Assembly (NCBI GenBank): GCA_030704615.1
Contig: CM060731.1
Location: 79,608,001-79,672,000, forward strand
DNA: 64,000 nt
From: Takakia lepidozioides
Taxonomy: Eukaryota; Plantae; Bryophyta
Direction of reading: 5' to 3'
Shown: in pieces, positions 1 to 13,446 of the stretch
Layout of the letters: every line of letters starts with the position of its first letter
How positions within the stretch are numbered: the first letter of the stretch is position 1
Notes under the pieces: model-generated
What the model was told of the DNA's origin: nothing
Database searches by the model: none
The model's input: the letters and a program-made list of their open reading frames with translations, nothing else
Made by a program: the position numbers and the translations under genes

Positions 1-589
1 CTGAATTAAGGCACTCCATGAAAATGTACCTGAATTTGATTAAAGGTATATCATCATTTACGTGGAATACATTATACAAGTAGTGTGTTAATCAAAATAC
101 ACCTGAATTATGGCCATACTAACTTGTGTCCATTGGCATCTTTTGTCTCCAACATAAATCTGTTACTAAGGGACACTAACATCAAAAATCAGGTGAAATT
201 TGGGTTAACAATTTACACCTGAAAATTTGCAGAATTGCAGCATTCTACGTACTTCATCTCTTATCAAAATCATTTGACCAATACAAACAATTACTTATCT
301 GACAAGACTATCCATGTTTTTTTTTTTTTTTTCCCCAGAACAGGGGAGTGACGGGACAGCTATGCTTAATTTCTGATGAATAAAGAACAAAGTACAAATA
401 AGAATACTGTACTGTACCAAATTGTTCTGTACATAGAATCTATGGTTTTTAAACCTATAGCATTATTTGCATTGAATCAAATGTTTTGGTACAGTTTGTC
501 AGAAACAACATAAAGATGTAAAATATTGTGCAGCATATCCAAATTTAATATACATGTCTCCCAACTTTGAGCAAATTGTGTGTTCAAAC

Positions 590-990
590 GTCAAAGGCTC
601 TTTTGAACTAGCTCATTGACAAAGAAAACAAATGACGACATAGAAGAACAACAAACCATCCATCTACATATGATTATTAAAAAAATTAATTATCGTACAT
701 CGATGGATGATTCTCAATTACTCCAACTCGTCAGAGTTCCCTTGACAATATCTAGTTCAAAAGACCCTTTGACATTGGATAATAATTTACTTAACAATAT
801 ATAATTCAAAAAAGGCGTTGACGTTCTGTTTGATTCAACATTTAGTTCAAAAGAGCCTTTGACATTTTTATCTGGACAATTGCTTAATGAGTATAGACAC
901 AAATATCAACTGTTTGATTCAACGTTTAGTTCAAAAGCGCCTTTGACATTTTTATCCGAACAATTGCTTAATGAGTAGAGACATAAATAC
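590..990. repeat. Cluster of a ~22-bp motif (CTAGTTCAAAAGAGCCTTTGAC): one inverted and three direct copies, the last two inside an ~84-bp tandem duplication
   Basis: 590-611 is the reverse complement of 752-773 (1 mismatch). Direct copies at 843-863 and 927-947. 826-905 is nearly identical to 910-990. Confidence 0.8.
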
Positions 991-3900
991 CAACAAAACT
1001 GCACTTTTTGCTGGGGGACACTACCGCCTTTCCCTCTCCCTCTCTCTCTCTCTCAAGAAATTGACCTTGACAAATTATGGCCACAGATCTACCACAGCTC
1101 TACTGACAATAAAGAGCATTCTGGCTGCGGTAAATGTAGCTTTCTTCTAGAACTTCCTTAAAACCACAATCTTTCTTGTTTTGTGTGCAACCCAATTCAA
1201 CATTATAGTATGCTTCATAAGTGCCAGAGCCCATCGTATCATAGTCCCTTAGCTCCACATGTTTAGATTTCCGAGGTTATCTAGCGTTCAATATTGACTA
1301 CTACATGGCACTAAGGGTATCATGGTTCTGGTATGGCCAATTCTAGATAGACAGGCAGAACTTGTGAAATCAAGGAAGTATACTGCAGGTGAGTAATTAC
1401 AACTAAACATCACTTTCATACCTGTACATTCGAGTGCAGATATCCTATGCTTTAATCGTGCGTAGTGCCCATATGTTTGTACTAGGGTAGTTCACTTGGT
1501 TCTAAACTAGCATGCATGGCCAGTAGGCTCTTGCAGGTCTTACAGGCCAACTGCTACGGTGGCAGAAATTTATATGAAAGCATTGGAAAACACCTTCTTG
1601 AAGTGTAGATAATTCAAAGCAAAGTTGACATACAAATCTCTTTCAGTACATGAAATGAGATGGCATGCAGATACTCAGACGTACTCACTCTGGATTTTCG
1701 ATCAATTACTCAGCGGGTTTGCAGATTGAAAGAAGGATATGCAACGAATGAGGCTATAATCAAAAGTCTGTTCTAGATACTCAGCCATGACTTCAAATAG
1801 CTGTCAAATGAAATGATATGACAAGCTTCCTGCCATAGTGGGAGCTGCAATGCTACATACCATGTTCATTGAGAGCTGCAAGTGGTTCCCTATTGTGGCT
1901 CCACAATAGGGAAATGGACAACGTCATCTGGTTCAGCAGCAACCTATAGAAAAGATGCTCAACAAAACTGTGGCCTGTGCTGCACATGAACTGAAAGTTG
2001 GAACTTCGCCTACCTACTAGAAACCCCACTTAAATCACCAGTAACCACACTAAGCTAACTAATGATCCCACAATTTACAGAGAAATGAAAAAACAGACAC
2101 ATTGTCCTTCAACATATGGCAAAGATGTCCACATGAGTCTTGAGAGCAATCACTAAACTAGACAAGTTAAAATAAACATCTTCTTTTACCTTTGGAGAGC
2201 TTAATGAGAGCGACTTTTGCTGCAGTTTCTCTCCACCCAAGGTCTCAAAACTTACTTCACATCTGAGAATGATAACACAGGCTGCACTCCAGAGGTGGCT
2301 GGATTGTAGCTGTGAACCTAAGCTATTTCAGAAGATCAGTTAGAAACTTTGGCCGCATGAGGCTGCGCTCTTACGTTTCTCTATCTTTGCCGTCCATTCC
2401 AGGCTCTACCAGTTGGTGTTGCTCTAGTTGCTAGCTGTACAGTGTCTGGGTCAGCATTTGTACGCTGGTCAAGGTTGTGATGGAAGTTTCACTTCCATCG
2501 AACTTCCGGTTCAGGTTTGTTCTCCAGGAAGTTTCACCCCTCCATAAGAAAAACCAGAATAGAAGAACAAAATTTATTATGACATCCACTGTAGGCCCCA
2601 ATAGAGACTTTTCTACAGGCAGATTGGAACCTGCAAAAGTTGTCAGGTGATCAGACAAGGACCAGTCAGTAACAAGCAATTACTGCGGGCACTACCACTA
2701 GCTCTCGCTCCTAGTGTCTACATTGCATATTAAATAAATCGGTTGATTGCAAGTGAGTGGTCACTCATGCACGCGTACCTGCTCAAAGACTTGAGATTGA
2801 ATTTGGCTACACATAGAGCTTACATAGCTTTCAGGAGCTTCCTTAAGGAAGAGGGATTCATTCTCAAAGATGGCATACCGGAAAACGCTGTAACATGCCT
2901 TCAGTGCTAGTTTGGTTCTGGTGACACATTCACGAAAACCACAGTTAAAAGATGCACACAGACCTGGTCAAAGAAAGGTGGAGCTAGACTCAAAGGTGAA
3001 AGAAAGTCACTGATACTCAGGATTAAGCCCAGGGACCCTTGGGCATCGCAGAAAGCTAGCCTGGATAACATTTGGAATGCTATATTTAAGAGAGATCACC
3101 ATAGACTCTGTAAGTTCTAGTGCTTCTGTAAGTTCTAGCCAGCTACTTCTGACGGTATCCAGGAATAGACATGAAACGTTGTACCACATGTTGACAGCTG
3201 AGAATAATAGTTGGTTTCATCTGAGTCCAGGGATTCAAGGTTCGTGTGCCAATTGATGCTGAGAAACTGGTGGCATAAAATGGACATTAGATGATCAGTT
3301 GCATAAGACTGCATATACAAACCAAATTCACTGACCTCTGAATAATCAAAGCAGATTTGGATAAAAACCAACTGATGCAGCTCCTTGAGTATCTTCGTGC
3401 TGTCCAGAGTTGCTGCAACCAAAGATAAATATTGAAGATGTAACAGCCACCACTATACTGTACCAACACTGAGAAGAAACACTGCTATCTAGGTGCTTTA
3501 CATGTTTTACTGGTTGAACAATGCACACTGATTAGGTCATCTCCATAATCTGCACCTTATAACCTGGATATTAGGTAGGGACTTCAACGCTGTTCTCTGG
3601 CTTGAGGGACCTCTGTCTACCAAGTTAGATTTCGAACATGCTATGAAACGTTCATCCGTTGTGCAACAGAATGTACCTCATTTTTTTGGGAAGAGCATGC
3701 ATGGTGACCAACTCGTTGCCGATAATCCATCGGAGTTCGCAAAATTCGGCTTTGCCGTTTGACAGAGGTTTGGCTCCTGAGTTGATGTCTGTTGATAGGC
3801 ATCCATAAACTCCTGGACACCATGAGAAAGGACGCCCATGAGTGAAAACATTTGAAGATCCTGCCAAGGATGCGGCCCACAATGAGAATGTCACATATGA

Positions 3901-6597
3901 CAAACCAGCCATCTTAGAGGAAATATACTCGATTGAATGTCAACTGAATTTGCAAGTTCTCTTTGAAATTGGCCTGGAACACCAGATCAACTGTGACGAA
4001 AAGAGATTATGTGTGCCACAGATCCCCCCTTTTTTCGTGGCTATCTGCATGCGCCTTATGCTACGCCCTCTACTCAGTTAAAAAAAATTCGATGCTCAGC
4101 TGCAGAATGGATCCGGTATATATAGTAATTGCATTATGATGAGTACCCTCCGTAAATTGATGAGGACTAAGCCCTAACCACTAAGGGCCTCACGAATGAA
4201 AGCAAGGAGGGCGCAACAAAAGCCAATCCACTGTTTTATTGGGTTTGCTGAGGTTCAACACGACGAAATATCACGAATTTCTTATTTAGACTTACTTCTG
4301 GATTTGGTTGTGTGCCTGGGTACGATTTCTCTTCATATAAATAGAGCATAAATACCAGCCTATGGGTGGGAAAGGGTAAAGCCCCCAGCTCTCCTTCAGC
4401 GCTATACTGCACCTGTACATACCTTGTTCCTATTCTCCCTTTTCTCCCTCCCATCCTGAGTAGGCTCTCTTCTTTGAGCAGGTTTCCGTTTGCATCCTCA
4501 AAATTGCATTGCTTGAAATCCAGCTTGGAGCAATCAAATCGGAATCAGACATTCTGGATTTAGAGTCTGGATAACTTACGAGTCATGATATGACCCTACT
4601 TGGACGCCACTAACATTTTAGTTACCTGCACTTTTCAAGTCAGCATCGTGCTTGGACTCTTGGGCTTCAAGGACATCTCAACGGCGCGCCTATGTTGAAG
4701 GATAAAACCCCTCCTAGGAGTAAGCCTCGGAAAAGCTGCCTCTCCAGCATCGTGTCCTAGCAGGCTTGCATTCCCGTCCACGCGCAACTGAAGTCATTCA
4801 AAACCTCGCGACAAGGCGTACATACAGAGCATCAGGTGCTGCTGCTCCCTTCTGGTTGATTCTAACAATGACTGTTACACAGCAGCGCATCAGTCCTCTA
4901 AAGTCATATAGCGGTTTGCCTACGGTTCTAGAAGACTTTGAGTCAAAGCAAGACCTAAGGACTTTGGAATCCATATTCGACTTTAGAAGCTCTCAAAGAT
5001 GACGCTCAACAGTAGGGAACCAAGAACACGGGCCTGCAAGGAAGAAAACACCTCATAAAACCTATCAAATATATACAGCTTGAATGTGCAGCCTTACAGA
5101 GAAAACTGTCAGGTTTCAACTTGGTCAGATCAAGAAAGGAGCGCGAAACTGGGGCACATTTTGCGTTCCATGTGCCTAAAAACCAATTCTCGGGCTCTGA
5201 GTAGGAACGTAGGAACCTCATGTCAGCTAAACAGACTGACCAGAACCCTCTGATGTTCCAGAGTTCAAACTGCACATATCATCGCGTACTAGTAATAATA
5301 AAACGCTAAAGCGAGGGCCGGGAGTGTGACATACTTAACTGATCAAGTGCTATTCTAGACTTTTGCTCCTTGCTATTGCCCTGTCGACGTAAGGTGTACA
5401 GGACAAGTAAAACGATCTAACTTAATCACTACATTGATCTATGAGTTGTAATAGAACCCAGCTCCACCACTGCGCAAAAGGAACAAACGCAGCCATTAAT
5501 TGCCTAGGCATGAACATATTACAGAATACTCCGAGGCACAGCTGACTTCAAGATAACGTTAGCAACATTGGTCCATCTTCCAGAAAAGGTGGAGCGAAGA
5601 CAGTTTGAACAAGCAGCTGCGGCCCTCTCCTGTCAAATACCAGCAGTGCGCACTACTGTCAGGTTCCAGAACTTGAAAGCGCCGCATGAACTATCCTCTC
5701 TGCTTCTTCAGCCTCATACAACCCAGCTATTTAACGTGGATTTCAACCAGTAGCAGGACCCCGTCGTATTTTGTCCTCCATTCACAGCCTTACACCAATC
5801 TCTCCCCACCGAAGAAAAAGTGAGGTTAGAGCTCTTCACTGTGGAGATTGACTGCAGCAGGAGAGGACAACAGTAAGTAGCACCATGACGGCACCGTATG
5901 CACGTATGTTACTGCTGTCTACGGTTGTGGTCAGAGCAGTCTTCAGTTTTCCCGCGTGTGAATTCATTAAATTAAATTTATCGCTGCTGTACTAAGTCTT
6001 CATACGTAATACAGCTTTCCTGTATAATGATGATGAAAACACAGTAAGTTTCCCCTTATGGCCTCCCTGGGGTTTAATATTTTCCCCTTTATCAGTAAAG
6101 CGTAAGCTTTTTGTGTGTTTTTCTTGTTTTGATGAATTTTAGCTTACTCACTAGTATAGCATGTAGGTGATGGATTCTAGTTGCGGATTGTGTCAATTTT
6201 GAAGTGGATTGAGGTCATTTGCCCCTTCCGAGCTGGTTGATTATGCAATGCGTAATTGGGCGTTTCATGCGCGGTAATATTCTTGGAATTTAATAGCTGT
6301 TCTAGAAAAGAGAAGACAGTTGAATGCAAGCGTGGGTGGGAGCCTTGCCCGTAACGGTCGTTCCGGGGGCACGCTGTCAAATCCCCACCCCCCTCTCCCC
6401 TCTCACCTGCGAGCCTGTATTCTAGAATAAACCAATAAAAAATCAAGATGTAGAAGGTAGTGAGATGGCGACGTGATATGTACTATATTATTAAGGTCCG
6501 AGGTTCAAATCTTCGAAGGTCCCAGCACATTGAAAGACTGGTTGCATATGCGATTAATTAATGTATTTTTTCATCTCCAAAGTAATTTCAAGTCCAA

Positions 6598-6925
6598 GAT
6601 CCCCGCTCCGCTCCCTTGTTCCCACTCCCCACTCCCCTGTTCCTGATCCCGGCCTGCTCCCTTGTTCCCAGTCCTTTTGCCTGATCCCCCGCTCCTCCTC
6701 AGCCTCTAGCATGCGGCTGCTCCCATGTTCCCGGTCCCCGCTCCCCTCCTCGCCCTCCGAAACATCGCTTGCTCCTCTGTTCCTGGTTCTTGTTCCCCTC
6801 CTCGCTTTCTCTGTGCAGGGATGGGGGGAGGGAACAGGGGTGCAAAAATGGGAGAATGTTTGGGAACATGGTCCTGAAGGCGGGGAGCACGAGGAGGGAA
6901 TAGGAGGTGTGGAGCGCTCCCCACC
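6598..6925. repeat. C-rich then G-rich foldback (MITE-like) remnant
   Basis: Perfect 10-bp inverted pairs CCCCTGTTCC (6634-6643)/GGAACAGGGG (6831-6840) and CCATGTTCCC (6723-6732)/GGGAACATGG (6862-6871). GC skew flips near 6815. Confidence 0.45.
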
Positions 6926-8530
6926 TTCCTACTACAGGATGAAATTTGACTGGAATCTGGCCTGCGGGCCCCACCATCTTATACGCTTGCCTTAAGCTTG
7001 GATAGCGTAGTCCTCCCCACCACCTCACACTTGTTGGGCAAGCGTAGTCCTCCCCTTCTATAAATGTAACAAGGGCCTCGGCCCCAAGAGGTTCTGTCCT
7101 TGCTCTTTCTTGCTCGTTCCTTTGATGATTTTGGGGGGTGTTGTTTTATACTTTTTCCGCGACTTCAAGAGTCATGCCCATCAACCTTCCATAGACGAGA
7201 CTTAATGGATAAGCCTAATTCTCCGTTCTCTCCCTAGGGAAGATGTCTCCACAATGCCTCTATCCCTTATAGGACAGAGCCAATAAAATTGCTTACAATG
7301 ATCATCTAATATTAATTATATATATTACATTTATTAAATATTGGATGCTATCTCATCCATTACAATGATTTTCTTGTTTTATTTTATTGTTATGAAGTGA
7401 TGATACGGCTCTAAATGCATTAAAAAATCAATAGAAGCGTAGGGGTAGTTTCTAGTCTTGCTGCCTCCTGGAAGGGCCAGAAATTTATTGGATAAAAGGC
7501 AAGGAAAAAAATTATTATTTTTAAAAAAAACCATTGAACTAGCTTTTATTAACAATGGGGCAACCTTTTGCTTAGGTTGATACACCAAAAAAAGTTATAC
7601 CTATAGTGAGTGCAATGATAGTAGGAGTGGGGCTGAACAACCTGAAGTGACTAAGGCATTCAATGGGGTAAAAGCACTTACTAAGCATAGGCCCTCAACT
7701 TAGAGGCGGTGGGGCTAAGAGTAGGTTGGTCATAGAGTAGGGGTCAAGTATTAATGTATGACTCACCAAAAGCCTAGGAACTTGAAGATGAGAGTCACGA
7801 TGGGGGGAGGCTTACACCAAAAATTGAAGGGGCTATTTGTGAAACCACCGTCGACACCTACAAAAATATATGTATGGAATAATAAACCTGATAGTGGTGT
7901 GAGTCAATTAAACGACCAAGAGTTAGTAAAGTATCCGAGCGAGCAAAAAAGCAACCAAGTGTAGGGAGCTATATTTCTAGAGTGACTACAACCATGGTAG
8001 GAAGTTCCACCATCCATACGATTCCTATGCTCAAAGGTCTTTGGGGATTTAGAGCGGACCATTATGCCCAACTCTCATTCGATCAAGGGGTCTATGGAGA
8101 ATTAGGCGCGAGCTAAGAACTAAGACATAAATGGGAGTTTATCTAAGGAGCAAGTGTGCGACAGACAACCACCTAAGTGTCACAACCCCCGACACTCAAA
8201 AACAGCAAACAGAATGAAGGGCACATTGTAGTGCTCAAGTTCGAAGCCAAGCAACTAGATGACCTAACCACCTTAGATCAAGCAAAATCCAAAAGCATTA
8301 TGTAGCATTTTTAGTGTCAGGACCAAAACAGCGGAATGAAATGATAATCAATACAGCCCGAAGACCTAAGCGACGACTGCAAAAGACCAAGTGCATAGAC
8401 CAAGTCCGAGCCTGTCATCAATAGAAGTGGACTACCTAAGAACAGCAGCATCCTAGAGCAACATCTAACGCATATTATTTTTTTAATAATTTTTAGTCCA
8501 ACTCTTTTTTATTTCTTACCTCTTATAACA

Positions 8531-8631
8531 GGAAGGTGGACACCTAAATGAAACACCAGACGGTGGTTTGAACCCACAACCACATCCAACGTGGTATGTG
8601 CCCATTACCACTGGGCTACATGCTGGTTGTC
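8531..8631 (-). mobile_element. tRNA-derived SINE-like repeat, copy 1
   Basis: Minus strand has A-box TAGCCCAGTGG (8608-8618) and B-box GGTTCAAACC (8565-8574). Near-identical to 9001-9100. Confidence 0.7.
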
Positions 8632-8851
8632 ACGCATATTGTGAAGCTTCTCGAAGTTCAAATTTTTCGGGCCTACAATTAAAGTCCTTGTCGATATTAT
8701 GTGGGGAGAGTTGGGGGTTGGTATCTTGTGAGCACGGCGTGAGCACAACCCATTGTCATGGGGGTCCTATGTTTTTAAACCACGGTCATAGGAGTTACAT
8801 GTTTTGAGGCACAGTGCATTTACAGTTGCACCAAAATGATAAACTATCTTA

Positions 8852-8965
8852 TCTATCTATACACTCATGAACATTCGATACATTTCAAACCATTACTTGT
8901 AAGCCAAAACATAATAAAGTAAATAAAAAGTATGACGCGCCTCGCGAAGGGAGCGTAACTTATAG
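8852..8965 (+). mobile_element. Possible miniature non-autonomous Helitron
   Basis: Starts A|TCTATCTATA, has a GC-rich imperfect hairpin ACGCGCCTCGCGAAGGGAGCGT (8935-8956) and ends ATAG|T (canonical end is CTAG|T). A related hairpin-plus-end motif recurs at ~10154-10183. Confidence 0.35.
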
Positions 8966-8982
8966 TATCACTTCACCACAAG

Positions 8983-9100
8983 GGCTACTACCTTCCAGCT
9001 GAAAGGTGGACACTTTCATGACACAACAGACCGTGGTTTGAACCCACAACCACATCCAACGTGGTATGTGCCCATTACCATGGGCTACATGCTGGTTGTC
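8983..9100 (-). mobile_element. tRNA-derived SINE-like repeat, copy 2
   Basis: Same A/B-box module as 8531-8631; aligns with the reverse complement of 13625-13745. Confidence 0.7.
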
Positions 9101-10199
9101 CCAAAACATAATATACTAAGGGAATCATTTTGATATTAAAATATTATGTGTGATTCACCACCTAACGAAAAACTAAAAACATAGTCTATAAACCCTAATT
9201 CGCCGAAAATTTCGTAAAATGAAACCATAGCCGTGAACCCTAACCATGCGGCGGCGGGGTATTGCAATGAGAAAGCTTTGGTCATATAACCACAAACATG
9301 AGAGGCGGCAGATTTCGCATTAAAAAATAAAATTAACCGGAAATAAACGGGTATCTGCAGTTTAATCCCTACATAATCGCTGTATAATCCGGGTATCTGC
9401 AGTTTAGGCCCTACAAATTTTCAATTTCGCATTGAGAAATTAAAATTAAAAAAGTAGTAGTTTCGGGAGTGAGAGTTTCGTCTCGATAAACTATCCATAG
9501 GACGTGATGACCTTTAAGGTCTCTTGGAGTCTCGGCGCCCTTTCTCAAGTCTATCATGGAAAGGGCCTAGTATCGGATGAGCATAGCATGAGGAAATCCC
9601 ACGCCTATAGGCTAACATGTTTATCATGTATAGGGGTTATTTGTTTCTTGAGTGTTGCCGCGAGTAATTGAGCAGATAAAAATAGTTTCGCACATGTTTT
9701 AGTTTCTCAATTTTGGTTTCGCTGTCGAATATTCCAAAGGCATCTTAGGAATATTCGGAATATGCGCTTGCGCTCACGTGAGCAAGCCCACGCGCTACCC
9801 AACCTCAGGAGAGACATAGAGGATATCCGTCATCTGTTGGGAGGCTTATAGTTTTGTTTCATTATTTCCTCAAAGAACCTAATTCTTCCCCCTCCCATTA
9901 GACGTTGAATTGAACATGAGGCTAACATGCTTGTTTTCAACAAATGCGTAAATCGGAAAAAAAGGGGATACTTTTGAACTTCATATAACCAAGCATATTA
10001 GAATTTATTTGCATGTTATGTTGTTGTGGAGTCTTAAAGAATTGTAGACCACGCTTGAGCTTTCTCACTATATCACACTCAAAATTGTTAACATGTACGA
10101 TGTTGATTACACATAATGAAATAACAGTGACATTTGGTGGGTTAGTTAATATAACGGCTCTCGAAGGAAGCGTAAATTATGGTGTTTCTTGACCTCGGA

Positions 10200-10282
10200 G
10201 GACCAGCGGAAAAGTGGAGACTTTTGCAAACCCACAACCACTTCCGAGGTGGAATGGCCCATTACCATTGGGCTACAACTTG
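10200..10282 (-). mobile_element. Degenerate copy of the same SINE-like repeat
   Basis: AACCCACAACCAC…GCCCATTACCATTGGGCTACA matches the 8570-8620 core. Confidence 0.55.
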
Positions 10283-10354
10283 GACATTTGGTGGGTGTTG
10301 GGGTTCCACATTGACCAAGAATAGAGCAGCAAAGACCTCTTATATTATACCATA

Positions 10355-10875
10355 CTAGGGTAGCCTGTGCCGTTGGCCCAAGTGTCCAGGGTCATGTGTA
10401 TGCCCAAGTGCAATCTCCTATGCATTCAAGTGCATCTCTTATGTCTAGGCCCAAGTATGACCTCCAGGTGCCTGTGCCGTTGGGCCAAGTGTCAAGTGTC
10501 ATCTAAGCCCAAGTGCAATCTCATATGTATGCAAGTGTGTCTCCTATGTCGAGGCCCAAGTGCAACCTCTAGGGTAGCCTCTGCCGTTGGCCCAAGGGTC
10601 CAATGTCATGTAAGTCCAAATGCATGTTTTTTCCACATAGTATGGCCTACATGTGAAGAATTGAAATCTAAGACCAAGTGCAATCTTCTATTCATGTATC
10701 CAAGTGCATCTCCCATTCAGAGCCCCAATTGTCCACTGCCATGCCCAAGTCCAATCTCCTATGTATCCAGTGCAATTACCTATGTATCCAATTGCGTCTC
10801 CTATGTCGAGGCCCAAGTGCAACCTGTAGGCCCTAGGGTAGCCTGGGCCAACGGCCCAAGTGTCCAATGTCATCT
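10355..10875. repeat. Degenerate tandem array of CCCAAGTG-core units
   Basis: Many (G)CCCAAGTG(C/T) cores. Longer unit CTAGGGTAGCCT…GGCCCAAG.GTCCA at ~10356, ~10569 and ~10833. Confidence 0.8.
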
Positions 10876-10900
10876 AAGTCTAATCAGTTTTTTTCCACAG

Positions 10901-10938
10901 AGCCTACGACCAGATTTGAACTGGAGACCTTTCCCTTG
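10901..10938 (-). other. 3'-half tRNA fragment (variable loop, T-arm, acceptor strand) embedded in a repeat
   Basis: Minus strand CAAGGGAAAGGTCTCCAGTTCAAATCTGGTCGTAGGCT has T-arm CCAG-TTCAAAT-CTGG. No 5' half, so it is not a functional tRNA. Confidence 0.55.
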
Positions 10939-12129
10939 ATATCTCTCCCTTCGAGGCTCCAACCATTGTCCGGGGAATGCCCACTTTGCCATTTTTGCTA
11001 TTTTCCCTGAATTTCCAGCGACCAAAAGTACTTGGAATTTCACATCTCCCACACCGCAGGTCCAAAGATCATGAGACCAAGCCCGTGCACCCCTCCTCGT
11101 CCAGGGCTTTCCAACGGTACCAAGCACGGGGCTGGGCCCGCAGTTTGGGACATCTCAATGTGACAAAACAAAACAAAACAAACGTCTCCATTCATATGTT
11201 GATAATGAATAAAAACATCACTTAAAAGATAACGTTGAATATCCATCATCTTCGTGAATCTCTCTATTAAAAAGATGTGCCTTGGTGGTAAAACACTCTT
11301 TGTGTTGACATGTGAGTCTAGGGTTCAAACCCCTGAAAGTTGTCTCTCTCTTCCTTCCCCTCTTTGCCATCATGGCCTCTTAAGGGGTTACGGGTTTATC
11401 TTCTTCATTGGTATTTCCTTGGAAAGAAAAAGAGATAAAAAATACATAAACGAACTTTAACAGGCTTAAAAGATAAGCTATGGTTTGACAAAGTTGTCAT
11501 CCTACCTATTATACTCACATGGTCACAAAATAGCATCAACTTCCAATTACATTTGAGAGATTATAACAAAAGAAATGGTCAAGTTTTTATTTAGACTCCA
11601 AATTACCTCCCAAAAATTGGTTTGACCAAGGGTTTGACCCATGTTCTACACTTTTCCTAGGAGAATGACCTCCACATTCACTTGGGGTACATATATTCAC
11701 TCCAATCTCATATAAAATCGGTGTAGAGGCATATCACGTCGTAATGGAATACAAAATAGTGCATCAAAGATGTAATTTTGAGCATTCGAGTAGAAAATTC
11801 AGCCCTTGAATACCGATAGCATGACATGATAAAAAATATAGCTGGGCATAAAACTCGTCGATTGTTATACCAGCTTGTATACTAGCCAGACGATACTCCT
11901 AAGAAGGTTAAAATAAAGACCGATCCACTTGTACACTTCAACTGCAAGAGAAAGAAAAAGAGGTAATATACAGCCGAACCTGAAACATAGCCGGATCCCA
12001 TGCCGATGGGCCCTTGCCATAGCCACTAGTGCATGCCCTATCCACCTTGCCACCATCTAATTGACCCTCCATCTTTTCTTGCACTCCCTCATACCAGGGC
12101 CACACACGGCAAATGCGTCCGCGGAACGC

Positions 12130-12289
12130 AGCTCCCATAACGCGGGGCCTTGGCGTGCAGGGATGTAGACCGTCCATAGGCTGGCGCCGCTACGTCAAGG
12201 TAACCGAGTAGCTCCCATAACGCGGGGCCTTGGCGCGCAGGGATGTAGACCGTCCCTAGGCTGGCGCCGTTGCGTCAGGGTAACCGAGT
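12130..12289. repeat. 80-bp tandem duplication
   Basis: AGCTCCCATAACGCGGGGCCTTGGCG…GGTAACCGAGT at 12130-12209 and 12210-12289, few mismatches. Confidence 0.95.
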
Positions 12290-12769
12290 TCGGAGACGGG
12301 AGGAGAACTGCGTTATGCAGCCAAACGCAGCTCAACGCACGTTCCAGGAAGCGCACACCAGACCGGGGACATCCACGCATTCTGTGTCATTTTGACGTGG
12401 TTGTGGGCCGTTGGATTACACACCATCTCAATCATTCCTAGTTTGCTACCTACTCGACGCATTGGGGAACGGCAGGCAGTGTGCCTGCAACGCAGCTGCC
12501 GTCCAGCAACGTACCGGGGCCTGCCTTCAGCCACTGTGCCTGCGTTCAGCCACTGTGCGTCCTTCGAACGGGGCCTTTTGCCAAGTGTGGCCGGGTCATC
12601 ACCATGCCACCTCTTCTACGCTCCCTACCGACCCTCCATCTCTTCTGAAAGCTCCCTCTTTGGCTATAGCTTGCCCAAATGACCTCCCTACACCTCTAGA
12701 ACCTCCTCCAATCTAGAACTTTCCTTAGCCAACTTTGGCATGCATTAGCGATGTGGCCCGATGCTATGA

Positions 12770-13150
12770 CCTCCTTTGTTGGGACAGCTTGCTAGATGTC
12801 CAATTTTCTTTGCTTAAGTTTTATTTTTTTCTTTTTTAAAGAAAAGGGGACAGTGGCCTTGTAAGTTTTCTTTTGGAAGATAAGGGTACATATTCACAAT
12901 CTTTGGCACATACGTGGTGATTTTTTGCCAGAAAAAAAACATTGTCCATAACTCTCTCTCGCGGGCCTCCTTTGTTGGGACAGCTTGCTAGATGTCCAAT
13001 TTTCTTTGCTTAAGTTTTTTCTTTTTCTTTTGTAAAGAAAAGGCGACAGTAACCCTTGTAAGTTTTCTTTTGGAACGATGAGGGTACATATTCACAATCT
13101 TTGGCACATATCGGGTGATTTTTTGCCAGAAAAGGAAAGATGTTGTCCAC

Positions 13151-13152
<2 letters not shown>
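12770..13152. repeat. ~196-bp tandem duplication containing a LINE 3'-end remnant
   Basis: CCTCCTTTGTTGGGACAGCTTGCTAGATGTCC starts at 12770 and 12966. Confidence 0.9.
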
Positions 13153-13197
<45 letters not shown>

Positions 13198-13393
13198 TCG
13201 CTCCCTCTCGCTCCCCCTCGCTCCCCCTCTCTCTCCCTCGCTCTCCCTCTCCCTCCCTCTCCCCCTCTCTCCCCCCGCTCTCCCCTCCCCTCCCCTCCCC
13301 TCCCGCCCCCTCCCGCCCCCTCTCCCGCGCTCTCCCTCTCTCTCCCCTCTCCCCTCGCCCTCCCTCGCCCTCCCTCCCGCTCCCTCCCGCTCC

Positions 13394-13444
<51 letters not shown>
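13153..13444. repeat. (CT)n microsatellite with degenerate C-rich core
   Basis: Pure (CT)n at both ends with a polypyrimidine middle, flanked by TCCACAA at 13146-13152 and 13443-13449. Confidence 0.95.

Positions 13445-13446
<2 letters not shown>

Noticed and set aside
5770-5870. Imperfect hairpin as a miRNA precursor
   Set aside because: Only short 5-8-bp paired patches, no ~21-nt duplex and no recognisable miRNA.
8178-8463. TGTCACAACC…GCAACA as a solo LTR
   Set aside because: Flanks (CTAAG versus TCTAA) do not form a TSD.
10367-10939. 190-aa Cys-rich ORF, or a CRISPR-like reading of the CCCAAGTG array
   Set aside because: Degenerate tandem repeat with irregular spacing, no unique spacers, no cas genes, and a eukaryotic context.
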